The notes below the pieces were generated by a model. That model did not search any database. It was not told where the DNA came from and saw only the letters and a program-made list of their open reading frames with translations. Source: a virus. Taken from it: a DNA stretch of 64,000 nucleotides. Numbering within the stretch: the first letter of the stretch is position 1; every line of letters starts with the position of its first letter. The stretch lies in the IMG/VR virus record IMGVR_UViG_3300042197_002234, positions 131,528 through 195,527 of that record; one strand, written 5' to 3'. Of the stretch, positions 21,251 to 31,261 are shown one piece after another. Made by a program: the position numbers and the translations under genes.

Positions 21251-23107
21251 ATGGGAAAAATAATAGGAATTGATTTAGGAACAACTAACTCTTGTGTTGC
21301 GGTAATTGAAGGTAAAGAACCTGTGGTTATTGCAAACAGTGAAGGTAAAAGAACCACACCTTCAATTGTAGGATTTGTAGGTTCGGGAGAAAGAAAGATT
21401 GGTGACCCAGCTAAAAGACAAGCGATTACCAACCCTGATAAAACAATTTATTCAATCAAAAGATTCATGGGTACTAACTATAACGAATCCAAATCTGAGA
21501 TTGGTAAAGTAACTTATAAAGTGGTTAATGAAAAAAATAGTCCTCGAGTTAAAATTGATGATAGAAATTATTCTCCTCAAGAAATTTCAGCAGCTATTCT
21601 TCAAAAAATGAAACAAACCGCTGAAGATTATTTGGGTGAAAGTGTTACTGAGGCGGTTATTACGGTTCCCGCATATTTTAACGACGCTCAAAGACAAGCA
21701 ACCAAAGAGGCGGGTGAAATTGCTGGTTTAAATGTTCGTAGAATTATCAATGAACCAACCGCAGCGGCTTTAGCATACGGTTTAGATAAGAAATCAACAG
21801 ACATGAAAATTGTTGTTTTTGACTGTGGTGGTGGTACTCATGATGTTTCAGTTCTTGAATTAGGTGATGGTGTATTTGAAGTTTTATCAACAGATGGTGA
21901 TACTAATTTAGGTGGTGATGACTTTGATAGAGTTTTAGTTGAGTATTTAGCAGAACAATTCAAAAAAGAACACGGTATGGATATTTTGAAGGACACTATG
22001 GCGTTGCAACGTCTTAGAGAAGCGGCGGAAAAAGCTAAGATTGAATTGTCATCTTCGTCTCAAACCGAAGTTAACTTACCTTATATCACCGCAGATTCTT
22101 CAGGTCCTAAACACTTACTTACAACAATAAACAGGGCTAAGTTTGAACAGTTAACTCAGTCTTTGGTTGAAAGAACCATTAAACCTTGTGAATCGGCTTT
22201 GAAAAATGCAGGTTTAAAACCGAGTGACATTGATGAGATTATTTTAGTGGGAGGTTCCACACGTATTCCAGCTATTCAAGACGCGGTTAAAAAGTTTTTT
22301 GGTAAAGAACCTTCAAAAGGTGTCAATCCTGATGAAGTTGTTGCTTTAGGAGCGGCAATTCAAGGAGGTGTTTTAGCAGGAGATGTTAATGATGTTTTAT
22401 TATTAGATGTAACACCATTGTCTTTGGGTATTGAAACTATGGGGGGTGTGTTTACTAAACTAATTGAATCTAACACAACTATTCCAACAAAAAAATCCGA
22501 AACATTTTCAACAGCTGTTGACAATCAACCTTCAGTAGAAATTCATGTACTTCAAGGAGAAAGAGCAATGGCTAAAGATAATAGAACTATTGGTAGATTT
22601 CATTTAGACGGATTACCACCATCTATGAGAGGTGTTCCAAAAATTGAAGTAACTTTTGATATTGACGCTAATGGGATAATTAATGTATCGGCAATTGATA
22701 AAGCAACTAACAAACAACAATCAATTAGAATTGAGTCTTCTTCGGGTTTGTCCAAAGAAGAAATTGAAAAAATGAAATTGGAAGCTGAACAAAATGCCGA
22801 ATCTGATAAAAAAATGAAAGATGATGCCGATACTCTAAATTCCGCAGATTCTTTAATATTCCAAATTAACAAATCAATGTCTGATTTTGGTGATAAATTA
22901 ACTGAAGAACAAAAAATAGATATTGATACAACAATGAATAAACTTAAAGAAGCTCATTCTCAGAGAAATGTTTCCGAGGTTAAAACTTTAATGGAAGAAG
23001 TTAACACAAAATTCCAAAAAATAAGTCAGGAATTGTACAATTCAACAACAGAAACGAATGAATCTGGTTTTGACGCATCAGATGTCGAATTTGAGGAAAT
23101 GAAATAA
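21251..23107 (+). CDS. dnaK: Chaperone DnaK (Hsp70)
   Basis: [45 protein letters not shown]. Confidence 0.98.
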   Translation: MGKIIGIDLGTTNSCVAVIEGKEPVVIANSEGKRTTPSIVGFVGSGERKIGDPAKRQAITNPDKTIYSIKRFMGTNYNESKSEIGKVTYKVVNEKNSPRVKIDDRNYSPQEISAAILQKMKQTAEDYLGESVTEAVITVPAYFNDAQRQATKEAGEIAGLNVRRIINEPTAAALAYGLDKKSTDMKIVVFDCGGGTHDVSVLELGDGVFEVLSTDGDTNLGGDDFDRVLVEYLAEQFKKEHGMDILKDTMALQRLREAAEKAKIELSSSSQTEVNLPYITADSSGPKHLLTTINRAKFEQLTQSLVERTIKPCESALKNAGLKPSDIDEIILVGGSTRIPAIQDAVKKFFGKEPSKGVNPDEVVALGAAIQGGVLAGDVNDVLLLDVTPLSLGIETMGGVFTKLIESNTTIPTKKSETFSTAVDNQPSVEIHVLQGERAMAKDNRTIGRFHLDGLPPSMRGVPKIEVTFDIDANGIINVSAIDKATNKQQSIRIESSSGLSKEEIEKMKLEAEQNAESDKKMKDDADTLNSADSLIFQINKSMSDFGDKLTEEQKIDIDTTMNKLKEAHSQRNVSEVKTLMEEVNTKFQKISQELYNSTTETNESGFDASDVEFEEMK

Positions 23108-23127
23108 CAGTTTTTATTCTAAAAAAT

Positions 23128-23158
23128 TAAATCCCGATTTATATATCGGGATTTTTTA
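23128..23158 (+). terminator. Intrinsic terminator after dnaK
   Basis: AAATCCCGAT..loop..ATCGGGATTTTT. Confidence 0.7.
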
Positions 23159-23172
23159 TTTATATTTGCATT

Positions 23173-23760
23173 ATGAAAGTTATTTTTTTAGACAATGATG
23201 GGGTAATCTGTTTATCTGATAATTGGGGAGGTAGGTTTAAAAAACAAAAGAAGTGGGGTGGACGAAAATTATCAATGACTAATAAAGAAATTCCTGTAGA
23301 ATATAGATTTGATAACTTTAACAAAAAAGCGGTTAAAGTTCTTAATGAAATCTTAGAAGAAACAGGTGCTGAAATCGTAGTGTCTTCTGATTGGAAGCAT
23401 CACTCCACTTTGGAAGAATTGGGGGAATATTACCTTTCTCAAGGAATTATTAAGAAACCTATTGCGGTAACACCTAATTTAGGTCAATGTACTTGGTATA
23501 AAGACTGGGTATGGTCAAGGGATTGGGGTTTAGAAATGACTCGTGTTATCGAAATTAAACAGTACTTAAATGACCATCCTGAAATAACTAATTGGGTCGC
23601 CATTGATGATTTAAATATGGGTAAAACTGGTATGTACTACGGTATGTCATTTGAGCACGATTGGGCTTTAGATAATTTTGTATACACACCTTTGGCTAAA
23701 GAAGGTATTAAACAAAGTGGTGTAAAAGATAAAATTTTAAAATTTCTTATAAATGATTAA
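23173..23760 (+). CDS. HAD-family (HAD_SAK_2-like) protein
   Basis: FLDNDGVI, VVSSDW, WVAIDD. Confidence 0.8.
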   Translation: MKVIFLDNDGVICLSDNWGGRFKKQKKWGGRKLSMTNKEIPVEYRFDNFNKKAVKVLNEILEETGAEIVVSSDWKHHSTLEELGEYYLSQGIIKKPIAVTPNLGQCTWYKDWVWSRDWGLEMTRVIEIKQYLNDHPEITNWVAIDDLNMGKTGMYYGMSFEHDWALDNFVYTPLAKEGIKQSGVKDKILKFLIND

Positions 23761-24757
23761 TTACGCGGATGTGATTGTAGACCTACAAGCTGGGGATACA
23801 GGTAAAGGTAAAGTTGCCCACTCTTTATTAAAAAGTGGTGAATATACTCATGTTGTTAGGTATAATGGTGGTGGAAATGCGGGACATACAATATACCATA
23901 ATGGTAAAAAAATTGTAACTCATTTTATACCTTGTGGTGTTCTTTACGGTATTAAATCAATCATTGGTCCAGGATGTGTAGTTAATATTGATAAGTTGGT
24001 TAATGAAATTAATGAATTAAAAAACGAAGGTATTGAGATTTATGGTAAGTTGTTCATTGACAAACGAGTTCACATTATAACTGACAAACACGTTGAAGAA
24101 GATTCTAAAGACACTGAAATTGGTACGACTAAAACGGGGAATGGACCTTGTTATCGAGACAAGTATTACCGTAAAGGTTTACAAGCCAAAGACATTTCTT
24201 TTTTATCCCCAATGATGATTGATGTTTACGAAGAGTTTCATATGTCACAAAAAGTATCTATTTTGTTTGAAGGTGCTCAGGGGTTTGAATTGGATATTGA
24301 TTGGGGTGATTATCCATATGTAACTAGTTCTCATTGTACTATTGGTTCCGCAATACTTAACGGTGTTCCACCACAAAAAATTAAAAATGTGTTTGGAGTT
24401 GCAAAAGCTTATAGGACTTACGTAGGTGCAAAAAATTTTGAGGGTGATTCCGAATATTTCCAAAAAATTCGTGAAGTTGGTAATGAGTTTGGTGCAACAA
24501 CTGGTCGTCCAAGACAAATCAACTGGATTGATTTGAATGATTTAATAAAATCTATTCAAATTAACGGGGTTAATAAATTAATTATCAATAAAATTGATGT
24601 TCTTGAAAGTATTAATATTTTCAAAACAATTTACAATGGTTTGGAATTGTCACATGATAATAGAAAACACATGGAAGAGTTTATCGAAGACGCGATTTAT
24701 ACGTCCTGTCCTAGTGTAGAAAGTATTATATTCTCAACCACACCATTCGATATTTAA
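23753..24757 (+). CDS. purA: Adenylosuccinate synthetase (short form)
   Basis: QAGDTGKGK, GGGNAGHT, GPGCV, EGAQG..LDIDWGDYPYVTSS, GATTGRPR. Confidence 0.9.
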   Translation: MINYADVIVDLQAGDTGKGKVAHSLLKSGEYTHVVRYNGGGNAGHTIYHNGKKIVTHFIPCGVLYGIKSIIGPGCVVNIDKLVNEINELKNEGIEIYGKLFIDKRVHIITDKHVEEDSKDTEIGTTKTGNGPCYRDKYYRKGLQAKDISFLSPMMIDVYEEFHMSQKVSILFEGAQGFELDIDWGDYPYVTSSHCTIGSAILNGVPPQKIKNVFGVAKAYRTYVGAKNFEGDSEYFQKIREVGNEFGATTGRPRQINWIDLNDLIKSIQINGVNKLIINKIDVLESINIFKTIYNGLELSHDNRKHMEEFIEDAIYTSCPSVESIIFSTTPFDI

Positions 24758-24826
24758 TTGTCATAAAATTGTCATATTTTAAACCTCTCATTTTTTTGAG
24801 AGGTTTTTTTGTTTATAATTGTGGGT

Positions 24827-25222
24827 ATGAAAAATTTATTAATTCTATTATTATTTTTGACCCCTGTTATAGGTAAAAGTCAGTATGTTAAAATACCAAC
24901 AAATTATGACGCAAAAAAAACTGCCGAACATATTATGATGGGACATATTAAAATGTTTCTGAATGACTCTATAACTGAAGTGGTAGTTGAAAAAAATAAT
25001 GGTAGATGGGTAACGTCATATCTAAACAAATCTCAGGTTGAAAAAATTGTTTGGAAAACACTTAAAAAGGGTAAGTCACATTTTACAGGTAAAACAAATG
25101 GGGGTTACAGATTTTACATAACAATTGAAGATGTAAACGATGACACTAAAATTTTAAATTCCTTAGATATTACTATGGATTCATTTACCCAACAGATAAA
25201 ATCAATTGAAATAAAAAATTAA
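24827..25222 (+). CDS. Secreted hypothetical protein
   Basis: Signal-peptide-like MKNLLILLLFLTPVIGKS. Confidence 0.6.
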   Translation: MKNLLILLLFLTPVIGKSQYVKIPTNYDAKKTAEHIMMGHIKMFLNDSITEVVVEKNNGRWVTSYLNKSQVEKIVWKTLKKGKSHFTGKTNGGYRFYITIEDVNDDTKILNSLDITMDSFTQQIKSIEIKN

Positions 25223-25226
25223 TAAT

Positions 25227-26051
25227 ATGAAAAAACTACTATCTATTTTAATGGTGTTGTTCACAGCCTTAAATGTGACAGCAAAATGCGATTTTTCAAA
25301 AATAAAATTGCAACGATGGAATCAAGGAATTTATTACAAGTGGTATCTATCTGGTTGGGAAAGAGACACTTGTAAAGGTTTTATGTTTACCGTTTATGAC
25401 TTTCAGAAGAAAAAAACAGACACTGTTGTTGACACTCGAGGAATTCTTGAGGTAGGATTTAATGCTCCTGGAAAGTATAAACTTATTGTTAAACTTTGGG
25501 ACAAATGTAATAAGTGTGATACTGTATTGTATGATTATGTAGACATTATTGCTTGGAAACCTACTGCTGGTTTAAAATGGATAAAGAAAACTTGTGATAG
25601 TGCTTGGTTTGAGTTGAATTCTTTTAATATGAAGGATACTTGTTGGGACTATTATTTTTGGATTTATAACGGTCCTGAATTGGAAAAACTATCTGACAAG
25701 GATTTCTTGGGTATGAGTGATTATCAACTTTACAACTATTATAGCTTTTCAGATGATGATATTAAGTTGTTTAAAAATGAACGATTGATTAAATTTAAAT
25801 TCCCTAAAAAAGGTAAATATCTAATTGTGGGTTATTATTATAATAAATGTTTGGGTCAAGACACAATGTTTTTTAATCGTCAAATTATAGATTGTAATAC
25901 CACGTCTGTAAATGTTTATAATAAACCCGAACCAAAACTCATTGGAATATATGATATGATGGGTAGGTCTGTATACAATATTCGAGAAAACGAAATATTA
26001 ATATACGTCTACGATGATGGGTCTAAGATAAAAAAACAAGTAATTAAGTAA
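25227..26051 (+). CDS. Secreted Cys-rich PKD-like protein with T9SS-CTD-like tail
   Basis: Signal peptide; two repeats ending PGKYKL/KGKYLI...CDT/QDT; IGIYDMMGRSV near C-terminus. Confidence 0.55.
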   Translation: MKKLLSILMVLFTALNVTAKCDFSKIKLQRWNQGIYYKWYLSGWERDTCKGFMFTVYDFQKKKTDTVVDTRGILEVGFNAPGKYKLIVKLWDKCNKCDTVLYDYVDIIAWKPTAGLKWIKKTCDSAWFELNSFNMKDTCWDYYFWIYNGPELEKLSDKDFLGMSDYQLYNYYSFSDDDIKLFKNERLIKFKFPKKGKYLIVGYYYNKCLGQDTMFFNRQIIDCNTTSVNVYNKPEPKLIGIYDMMGRSVYNIRENEILIYVYDDGSKIKKQVIK

Positions 26052-26081
26052 TAAAAAACCCCTTAGTTGGGGGTTTTTATT

Positions 26082-26324
26082 TTATTCCTCAGAATTATCT
26101 TCCTTAAAAAAGTTAGTTAAGAATTTACCTACAACACCTGAGACTATAGATGTAATTATTAATAATTTTAATTCTGAAGGTGTGAAAATATCTTTTAAAT
26201 TATCGAATTGCCACAACCCACCTATCGCCAATACAGAAGCAACCGCCAATAAAGAGTCTCCGACTTTTCTCCATTTTTTTGGGGTTGGTTTCCAATAATT
26301 TTTAAGTTCAGGTTTTTTAATCAT
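26082..26324 (-). CDS. Small 2-TM protein, holin candidate
   Basis: Basic N-terminus, two TM helices, charged C-terminus. Confidence 0.5.
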   Translation of the reverse strand: MIKKPELKNYWKPTPKKWRKVGDSLLAVASVLAIGGLWQFDNLKDIFTPSELKLLIITSIVSGVVGKFLTNFFKEDNSEE

Positions 26325-26352
26325 ATATCTATAAATATTTGAAAAATCCTAT

Positions 26353-26481
26353 TTATCTACCTTGACCTTTATATTTCTTTGGTTTTGCCTCTTTTGGGCC
26401 GAACTTCTTTTTTGCTTTACCAACACTCTTTTTACCAAAAGACTGTTTCATTGAGTTTGATGTTGATTTTCCTTTAGTCAT
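26353..26481 (-). CDS. 42-aa highly basic peptide ending KYKGQGR (not in ORF track)
   Basis: Manual translation MTKGKSTSNSMKQSFGKKSVGKAKKKFGPKEAKPKKYKGQGR. Confidence 0.5.
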   Translation of the reverse strand: MTKGKSTSNSMKQSFGKKSVGKAKKKFGPKEAKPKKYKGQGR

Positions 26482-26665
26482 TTCACTTATTATAAAATTT
26501 TTGTTTATATATCAATAAATATCAAAAATTTTAAACAAAAAAAGGGAGTAAAAACTCCCCTTTTTTGTTATATATATAAAGGCCCTCAAGATGAGAGTGA
26601 TAGTAATAATAAATATACCTAAACCTAAAAAAGTTTTATTTTAAATATATTCAGAAGTATTTTTT

Positions 26666-26884
26666 TTACTTTTTAAATTTAGAAAACATTCCGTTCATTT
26701 CTTTAAATAAATCATCCATACTTTTAAGTGATGACATATCCATTTTTTTTGGGGTACCAATAGTTTGAATTTTTTCAATCATATCAAACAATTTTTTACC
26801 ATAATTTTTCCACCAAAAATAAATACCAACTGAAATTAGAACTAAAACAATTACTAAAATAGTTAACACAATTTCTAAAAACAT
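26666..26884 (-). CDS. Single-TM hypothetical protein
   Basis: N-terminal hydrophobic helix. Confidence 0.55.
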   Translation of the reverse strand: MFLEIVLTILVIVLVLISVGIYFWWKNYGKKLFDMIEKIQTIGTPKKMDMSSLKSMDDLFKEMNGMFSKFKK

Positions 26885-26966
26885 AATTTTTTTTTCTAAT
26901 TATAAGGTATTAACGGTGTTAAGTCAAATAAATTGATTATTGTTTTATTTAAACTATATTTAAGTT

Positions 26967-27236
26967 ATGAAGCGTTGTATAGAAGTTCTACTTAATAAGG
27001 TCTTCAAATCTGACTTGGAACTACTATTTGGTATTGGTAGTTACGTTATCATAAATTACTGTAAATACAGTACAAATAATTTGAGTTTTGTAATTGACTG
27101 TAAAGTAATGGTATCCGATGTTGAGTTAACAAAAGAGGTGTATCCTGACGGATTAATCTTATTAGTTGAGGAATCTTGGAAATTTATAGGTTTTAATGAA
27201 AAAATATCTGTAGTAACATCAATAGACATTACCTGA
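26967..27236 (+). CDS. Hypothetical protein
   Basis: 89-aa ORF. Confidence 0.55.
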   Translation: MKRCIEVLLNKVFKSDLELLFGIGSYVIINYCKYSTNNLSFVIDCKVMVSDVELTKEVYPDGLILLVEESWKFIGFNEKISVVTSIDIT

Positions 27237-27410
27237 AACCCCTATTAATCCGTTTTTGATATACTCATAATAGACTTCTTCAATAACCAAAATACTATTG
27301 TTATTTGTCGTATTTTTTAATCTAACACAAACCTCATCACGAAAAGTATCAATAACACCATGCTGATGAGCGGTCCAATAAATTTCTTCAATTAGTTCTT
27401 CGTTTGTCAT
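27219..27410 (-). CDS. Hypothetical protein
   Basis: 63-aa ORF with upstream TATTTAT. Confidence 0.5.
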   Translation of the reverse strand: MTNEELIEEIYWTAHQHGVIDTFRDEVCVRLKNTTNNNSILVIEEVYYEYIKNGLIGVSGNVY

Positions 27411-27517
27411 TTTAATAAGATTTGTTATGTCTATATAAATATAGTAATAAGGGAATATTAAATCAAATAAAGGTTGATTATTAAATAAAAAAGGTCTAAA
27501 CTTATAAAAAAAATATT

Positions 27518-27943
27518 ATGAGACAAATTAAAATCGGTGATACTGTAAAGGTACACTACACAGGAAAACTTGAGGATGGTACAGTTTTTGATTCCTCATT
27601 AGTAGAAGGTCGAGAGCCGTTAGAAACAGTATTGGGTAACAATATGTTGATTAAAGGTTTTGAAAACGGTCTGATTGGATTATCCGAAGGTGATAAAAAA
27701 ACTTTGGAAATCGAACCATCAGAAGGGTATGGCGAATACCAAGAAGAGATGGTAAACGAAATACCTAAAGGTAATGTCCCTGAAAATGTTAAAGCGGGAG
27801 AAATGTTACAAGGTATGAGTCAAATGGGGCCTATCAATGTTAAAGTCATTGAAGTTAAAGATGAAACTGTTGTTATTGATGCCAATCACCCTTTGGCTGG
27901 TAAAAAATTGGTTTTTGATATTGAAGTTGTAAACATAAAATAA
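27518..27943 (+). CDS. FKBP-type peptidyl-prolyl isomerase (SlyD/SlpA-like, no His tail)
   Basis: VKVHYTGKLEDGTVFDSS, IKGFE, DANHPLAGKKLVFDIEVV. Confidence 0.93.
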   Translation: MRQIKIGDTVKVHYTGKLEDGTVFDSSLVEGREPLETVLGNNMLIKGFENGLIGLSEGDKKTLEIEPSEGYGEYQEEMVNEIPKGNVPENVKAGEMLQGMSQMGPINVKVIEVKDETVVIDANHPLAGKKLVFDIEVVNIK

Positions 27944-27949
27944 TTTAAC

Positions 27950-28273
27950 ATGACAAGTATTTTAAATAAAATCTCAGAAAAACTAAAACAATTATTTAAA
28001 ACAACATTCATTTATGTTGTAATTTTAATATCATCATCAGCTTCATTTTTTGTTGGCATGTATTACCAAAAAATTAACACTAAAACTAAAAAACATGAAG
28101 TAACCAAAATATTAAAACATGAAGTTGTTTTAGCTGTTGATGAAAATAATAGTCTGATTATCATCCAAAAATCCACAGGAGATTATACAATATTTCAGGA
28201 TTCAATCGGGAAACACATTTTTAATATGTACGCAAATAGCGTTTGGAATCAAAACACACAAAAAACTCAATAA
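27950..28273 (+). CDS. Single-TM hypothetical protein
   Basis: TM helix near N-terminus. Confidence 0.55.
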   Translation: MTSILNKISEKLKQLFKTTFIYVVILISSSASFFVGMYYQKINTKTKKHEVTKILKHEVVLAVDENNSLIIIQKSTGDYTIFQDSIGKHIFNMYANSVWNQNTQKTQ

Positions 28274-28275
28274 TT

Positions 28276-28821
28276 ATGAAAACTAAGAACATATTTTTAT
28301 TTTCACTACTAACAATATCAACAATTGTTATATGTAGTTATTTTATTGAAAATAAATATGTTCATAACGAGTATGTTTATATCGATGGAACAGGTGGAGA
28401 ATCGTCTTTACCTGTTTCGTTAAAGATGTATGAAATTATTGAGGAACTCAGTTCAAAATATAATATTCCAAAACACATAGCATACAATGTGGCATTTAAA
28501 GAGACTAAATATAAGGGACCTTTTGATTGGAATTATAACCCTTATTTAACCTCTTCAGCTGGAGCTGAAGGCCCAATGCAAATAATGCCAGCAACCGCAA
28601 ACGGTATAAATAAAAAGAAAATTGATACAGAAACTTTAAGAACTGATTTAAGACTTAATGTTGAAACTAGTATGAAACTATTAAGAAGACTATACGACAA
28701 ATACGGTAATTGGTCTATTGTTTGCGGATACTACAACACTGGTCAACCTATTGTTAATGATTATGCGTCTTTTTGTTCAAACAATACCGAATACGTAAAT
28801 AACTGGGTTTCTCCAAGATAA
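28276..28821 (+). CDS. Signal-anchored lytic transglycosylase (SLT)
   Basis: FKET (catalytic E), SSAGAEGPMQIMPATA, L.RLYDKYGNW...YYNTG; N-terminal TM. Confidence 0.85.
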   Translation: MKTKNIFLFSLLTISTIVICSYFIENKYVHNEYVYIDGTGGESSLPVSLKMYEIIEELSSKYNIPKHIAYNVAFKETKYKGPFDWNYNPYLTSSAGAEGPMQIMPATANGINKKKIDTETLRTDLRLNVETSMKLLRRLYDKYGNWSIVCGYYNTGQPIVNDYASFCSNNTEYVNNWVSPR

Positions 28822-28822
28822 C

Positions 28823-29212
28823 CTATTCGTACATTTTAGGTTCTTTTTTTGGATTTTCTTTTTCAAACGTCTTAACCAAAGCACCAGCCTTAGAATTAGC
28901 CTCGTTTTCATTTTTACCGCCAATATTAGGTCCGTGGTCTCTGTTTAACACACTAAATTGATGTTCGTGAACCCATTCGTGAGCTAAAGTTCTACAGATA
29001 TCACGATTCATTCTATTCTTACTTAAAACTTTTAAAACACTATGTTTGTTTCTACTACCTGTAGACATTTTTTCTGTTTTTTTACCCAAAAATAAAACAG
29101 TAATATCCTTACTTAAAGGAATTTCTTTTTGCAAAAATTTAATGAAATTATTGAAAAACTTATGGTCTTTAATAGGTATACCAGAATCAATATGTTTTAC
29201 AGTTACTTTCAT
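28823..29212 (-). CDS. HExxH hypothetical protein
   Basis: RTLAHEWVH...ENEANSKAG. Confidence 0.6.
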   Translation of the reverse strand: MKVTVKHIDSGIPIKDHKFFNNFIKFLQKEIPLSKDITVLFLGKKTEKMSTGSRNKHSVLKVLSKNRMNRDICRTLAHEWVHEHQFSVLNRDHGPNIGGKNENEANSKAGALVKTFEKENPKKEPKMYE

Positions 29213-29268
29213 CTCTATAAATATAATTAACTTAATTAATAATTAAGATATTTATTTAAAAAGTCATC

Positions 29269-30105
29269 ATGTACAAAAAAATATTGATAAATGAATCTGA
29301 AAAAAACCATATAAAAAATTTATATGGATTAAATGAGCAGAATGATGTAAATCCGTTTTTAATGGATTTTATAAAGAAAGCATTATCATCTCAAAAGCCT
29401 AGTACTGATTACACATTAGATGATATTAAAAAAGATTTTGAAACCTCAACAAAAGGAGACACTTCAGTAACTGGTTCAGGTAATGTTGAAATCACAGGTA
29501 ATTTTAATTCGTCTCAAAAAGAAAATATTAATTTAATTATTGATGAGATGAATAAAATGGGTATTACAGACCCATTGTCTCAAGTTGGTGTATTATCTGT
29601 AATTGCTAAAGAAAGTAATTTTAACACGTTTAAAGAAGTTGGGTATGGGGGAACCTCAGATAGTAGAATTGAAAGTATATTTGGTAGGAGAGGTAAAAAA
29701 TGTAAACATCTCAAAAATAGTAATCCTGAGTTTTTTGATTGTGTCTATGGTTATAAATCAGGTATGAGATTGGGTAATGACCAACCAGGTGATGGATGGA
29801 AATATGTTGGTAGGGGATTCAACGGACTGACAGGTAAAGCTAATTACAAAAAATATGGTGGTATGGTAGGTTTAGATTTAGTTGGTAATCCTAATTTAAT
29901 GGAAGACCCAAGAGTTGCCGCCAAAGTAGCCATAGCATTTTTTACAAAAGGAAAACCAGCAAGTTCATTCCCTAAATTTAATGATAAAGTCGAAGCCGCA
30001 ACATATTTTGCCGATATAAATGCGGGTGGTCGTTCTGAGTTTGGTAGAACACCCGCAATCGCCGCGGCTCAAAAATTTGATGTTAAGACTGACGGTTTAG
30101 CTTAA
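29269..30105 (+). CDS. GH19/chitinase-like lysozyme with xINE leader
   Basis: AKESNF..FKE, GNDQPGDGWKYVGRGFNGLTGKANY, NPNL. Confidence 0.8.
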   Translation: MYKKILINESEKNHIKNLYGLNEQNDVNPFLMDFIKKALSSQKPSTDYTLDDIKKDFETSTKGDTSVTGSGNVEITGNFNSSQKENINLIIDEMNKMGITDPLSQVGVLSVIAKESNFNTFKEVGYGGTSDSRIESIFGRRGKKCKHLKNSNPEFFDCVYGYKSGMRLGNDQPGDGWKYVGRGFNGLTGKANYKKYGGMVGLDLVGNPNLMEDPRVAAKVAIAFFTKGKPASSFPKFNDKVEAATYFADINAGGRSEFGRTPAIAAAQKFDVKTDGLA

Positions 30106-30344
30106 TTTGTGACTATTATTTGAATTGTAATTCCAGCACTACCTGACGATATTCTATAATCATTAAATCTGTTATCATTGACAAATCCATAATTTTTAAA
30201 TTTAAAAATTATTACATCTTCATTCCCAAAGTAACCGTGTATTGCGTTTGTGGCGTAATCAATGTGGGGACTTTTTATCAAATCTTGTTTCCAAGGTTCT
30301 ATAAAATCTTTTTCAAACTCTTCAGGTGTTATGTGAATAAACAT
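30102..30344 (-). CDS. Hypothetical protein
   Basis: 80-aa ORF with upstream TATTTAT. Confidence 0.55.
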   Translation of the reverse strand: MFIHITPEEFEKDFIEPWKQDLIKSPHIDYATNAIHGYFGNEDVIIFKFKNYGFVNDNRFNDYRISSGSAGITIQIIVTN

Positions 30345-30361
30345 AAATAATAGTTATTTCA

Positions 30362-30694
30362 TTAGCAACCCCCCAATCCTGGCCAAGGGTCTAAAATCGG
30401 TAGATGTTCAAGTTGGTCTTCATTAAAAATATGTAAGAGACCATACTGGTCCATTTCTCCAACCACCCTAACATTACCTTCAACAGTCTCAAAAACTGAT
30501 ACAATGGTACAAGGAAATTTGTATCCTTTAGGTTTGTAAGCTTTATCACCTACTTTAAATTTTGTTTGTTTTTCCATTTTTATATTATTATCTGTTAATT
30601 TCCAAAAATTTTCACTAATTATTCTATTGAACTCAATGGGTATGTCTTTTTGAGCCATTATGAAATTATTTAAACAATCTTTAATATTTGTCAT
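30362..30694 (-). CDS. Hypothetical protein (SH3/KOW-like C-terminal half)
   Basis: KFKVGDKAYKPKGYKFPCTIVSVF pattern. Confidence 0.55.
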   Translation of the reverse strand: MTNIKDCLNNFIMAQKDIPIEFNRIISENFWKLTDNNIKMEKQTKFKVGDKAYKPKGYKFPCTIVSVFETVEGNVRVVGEMDQYGLLHIFNEDQLEHLPILDPWPGLGGC

Positions 30695-31256
30695 AATATT
30701 CCCATACTTCTTCTATCTGTGATGGGTCAACAACAAATGATTCCCAATCATCCTCAGCCACTTCAACATCTTTAACATCGATATAAAATGTTTTTGGTGT
30801 AAATGGAAATGATTTAATATACCCTCTTTTACCAACCATTTTACTTCTGTCACCTGACTTATAATCTTCTTCGGACAACCAAGCCATTCCACTCCAACAA
30901 ATACCCTTTTGGTCTCTTTTAACAATAGCATCAATATAGTATGGTTTACCATCTTTACCATCCTTAAATAAAGCTGAGCATCGTTTATTTTGGTACCATG
31001 GCACACCATTACCCAAATCTCTCACATCACCCCATTCTTCATCTTTACCTGTAATTGGTTGTAGTGGTTCGTAGTTTGCTAATCTCTTAAATAAGTCAGC
31101 AATAATAGGTGCTGACATACCTGAGTGTCCTTGCTTATCAAAAACTTCTATTAATTCCATAACAGCTTTACCTGTTGCTCCTTCATAGAAATCACCTTCT
31201 TCGTTAAAGAGTCCTGATAATTCTAACTCTAATTTTGCATGTTCTATTAGTCCCAT
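30681..31256 (-). CDS. Conserved phage hypothetical protein
   Basis: FDKQGHSGMSA...PLQPITGKDEEW...QNKRCSALFK pattern. Confidence 0.65.
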   Translation of the reverse strand: MGLIEHAKLELELSGLFNEEGDFYEGATGKAVMELIEVFDKQGHSGMSAPIIADLFKRLANYEPLQPITGKDEEWGDVRDLGNGVPWYQNKRCSALFKDGKDGKPYYIDAIVKRDQKGICWSGMAWLSEEDYKSGDRSKMVGKRGYIKSFPFTPKTFYIDVKDVEVAEDDWESFVVDPSQIEEVWEYYDKY

Positions 31257-31261
31257 AATGT

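Noticed and set aside
23753-24757. PurZ (2-aminoadenine, Z-genome) candidate
   Set aside because: Retains the PurA catalytic Asp (GDTGKGK, not GSTGKG) and the PurA-type GATTGRPR loop; no dATPase/MazZ neighbours seen.
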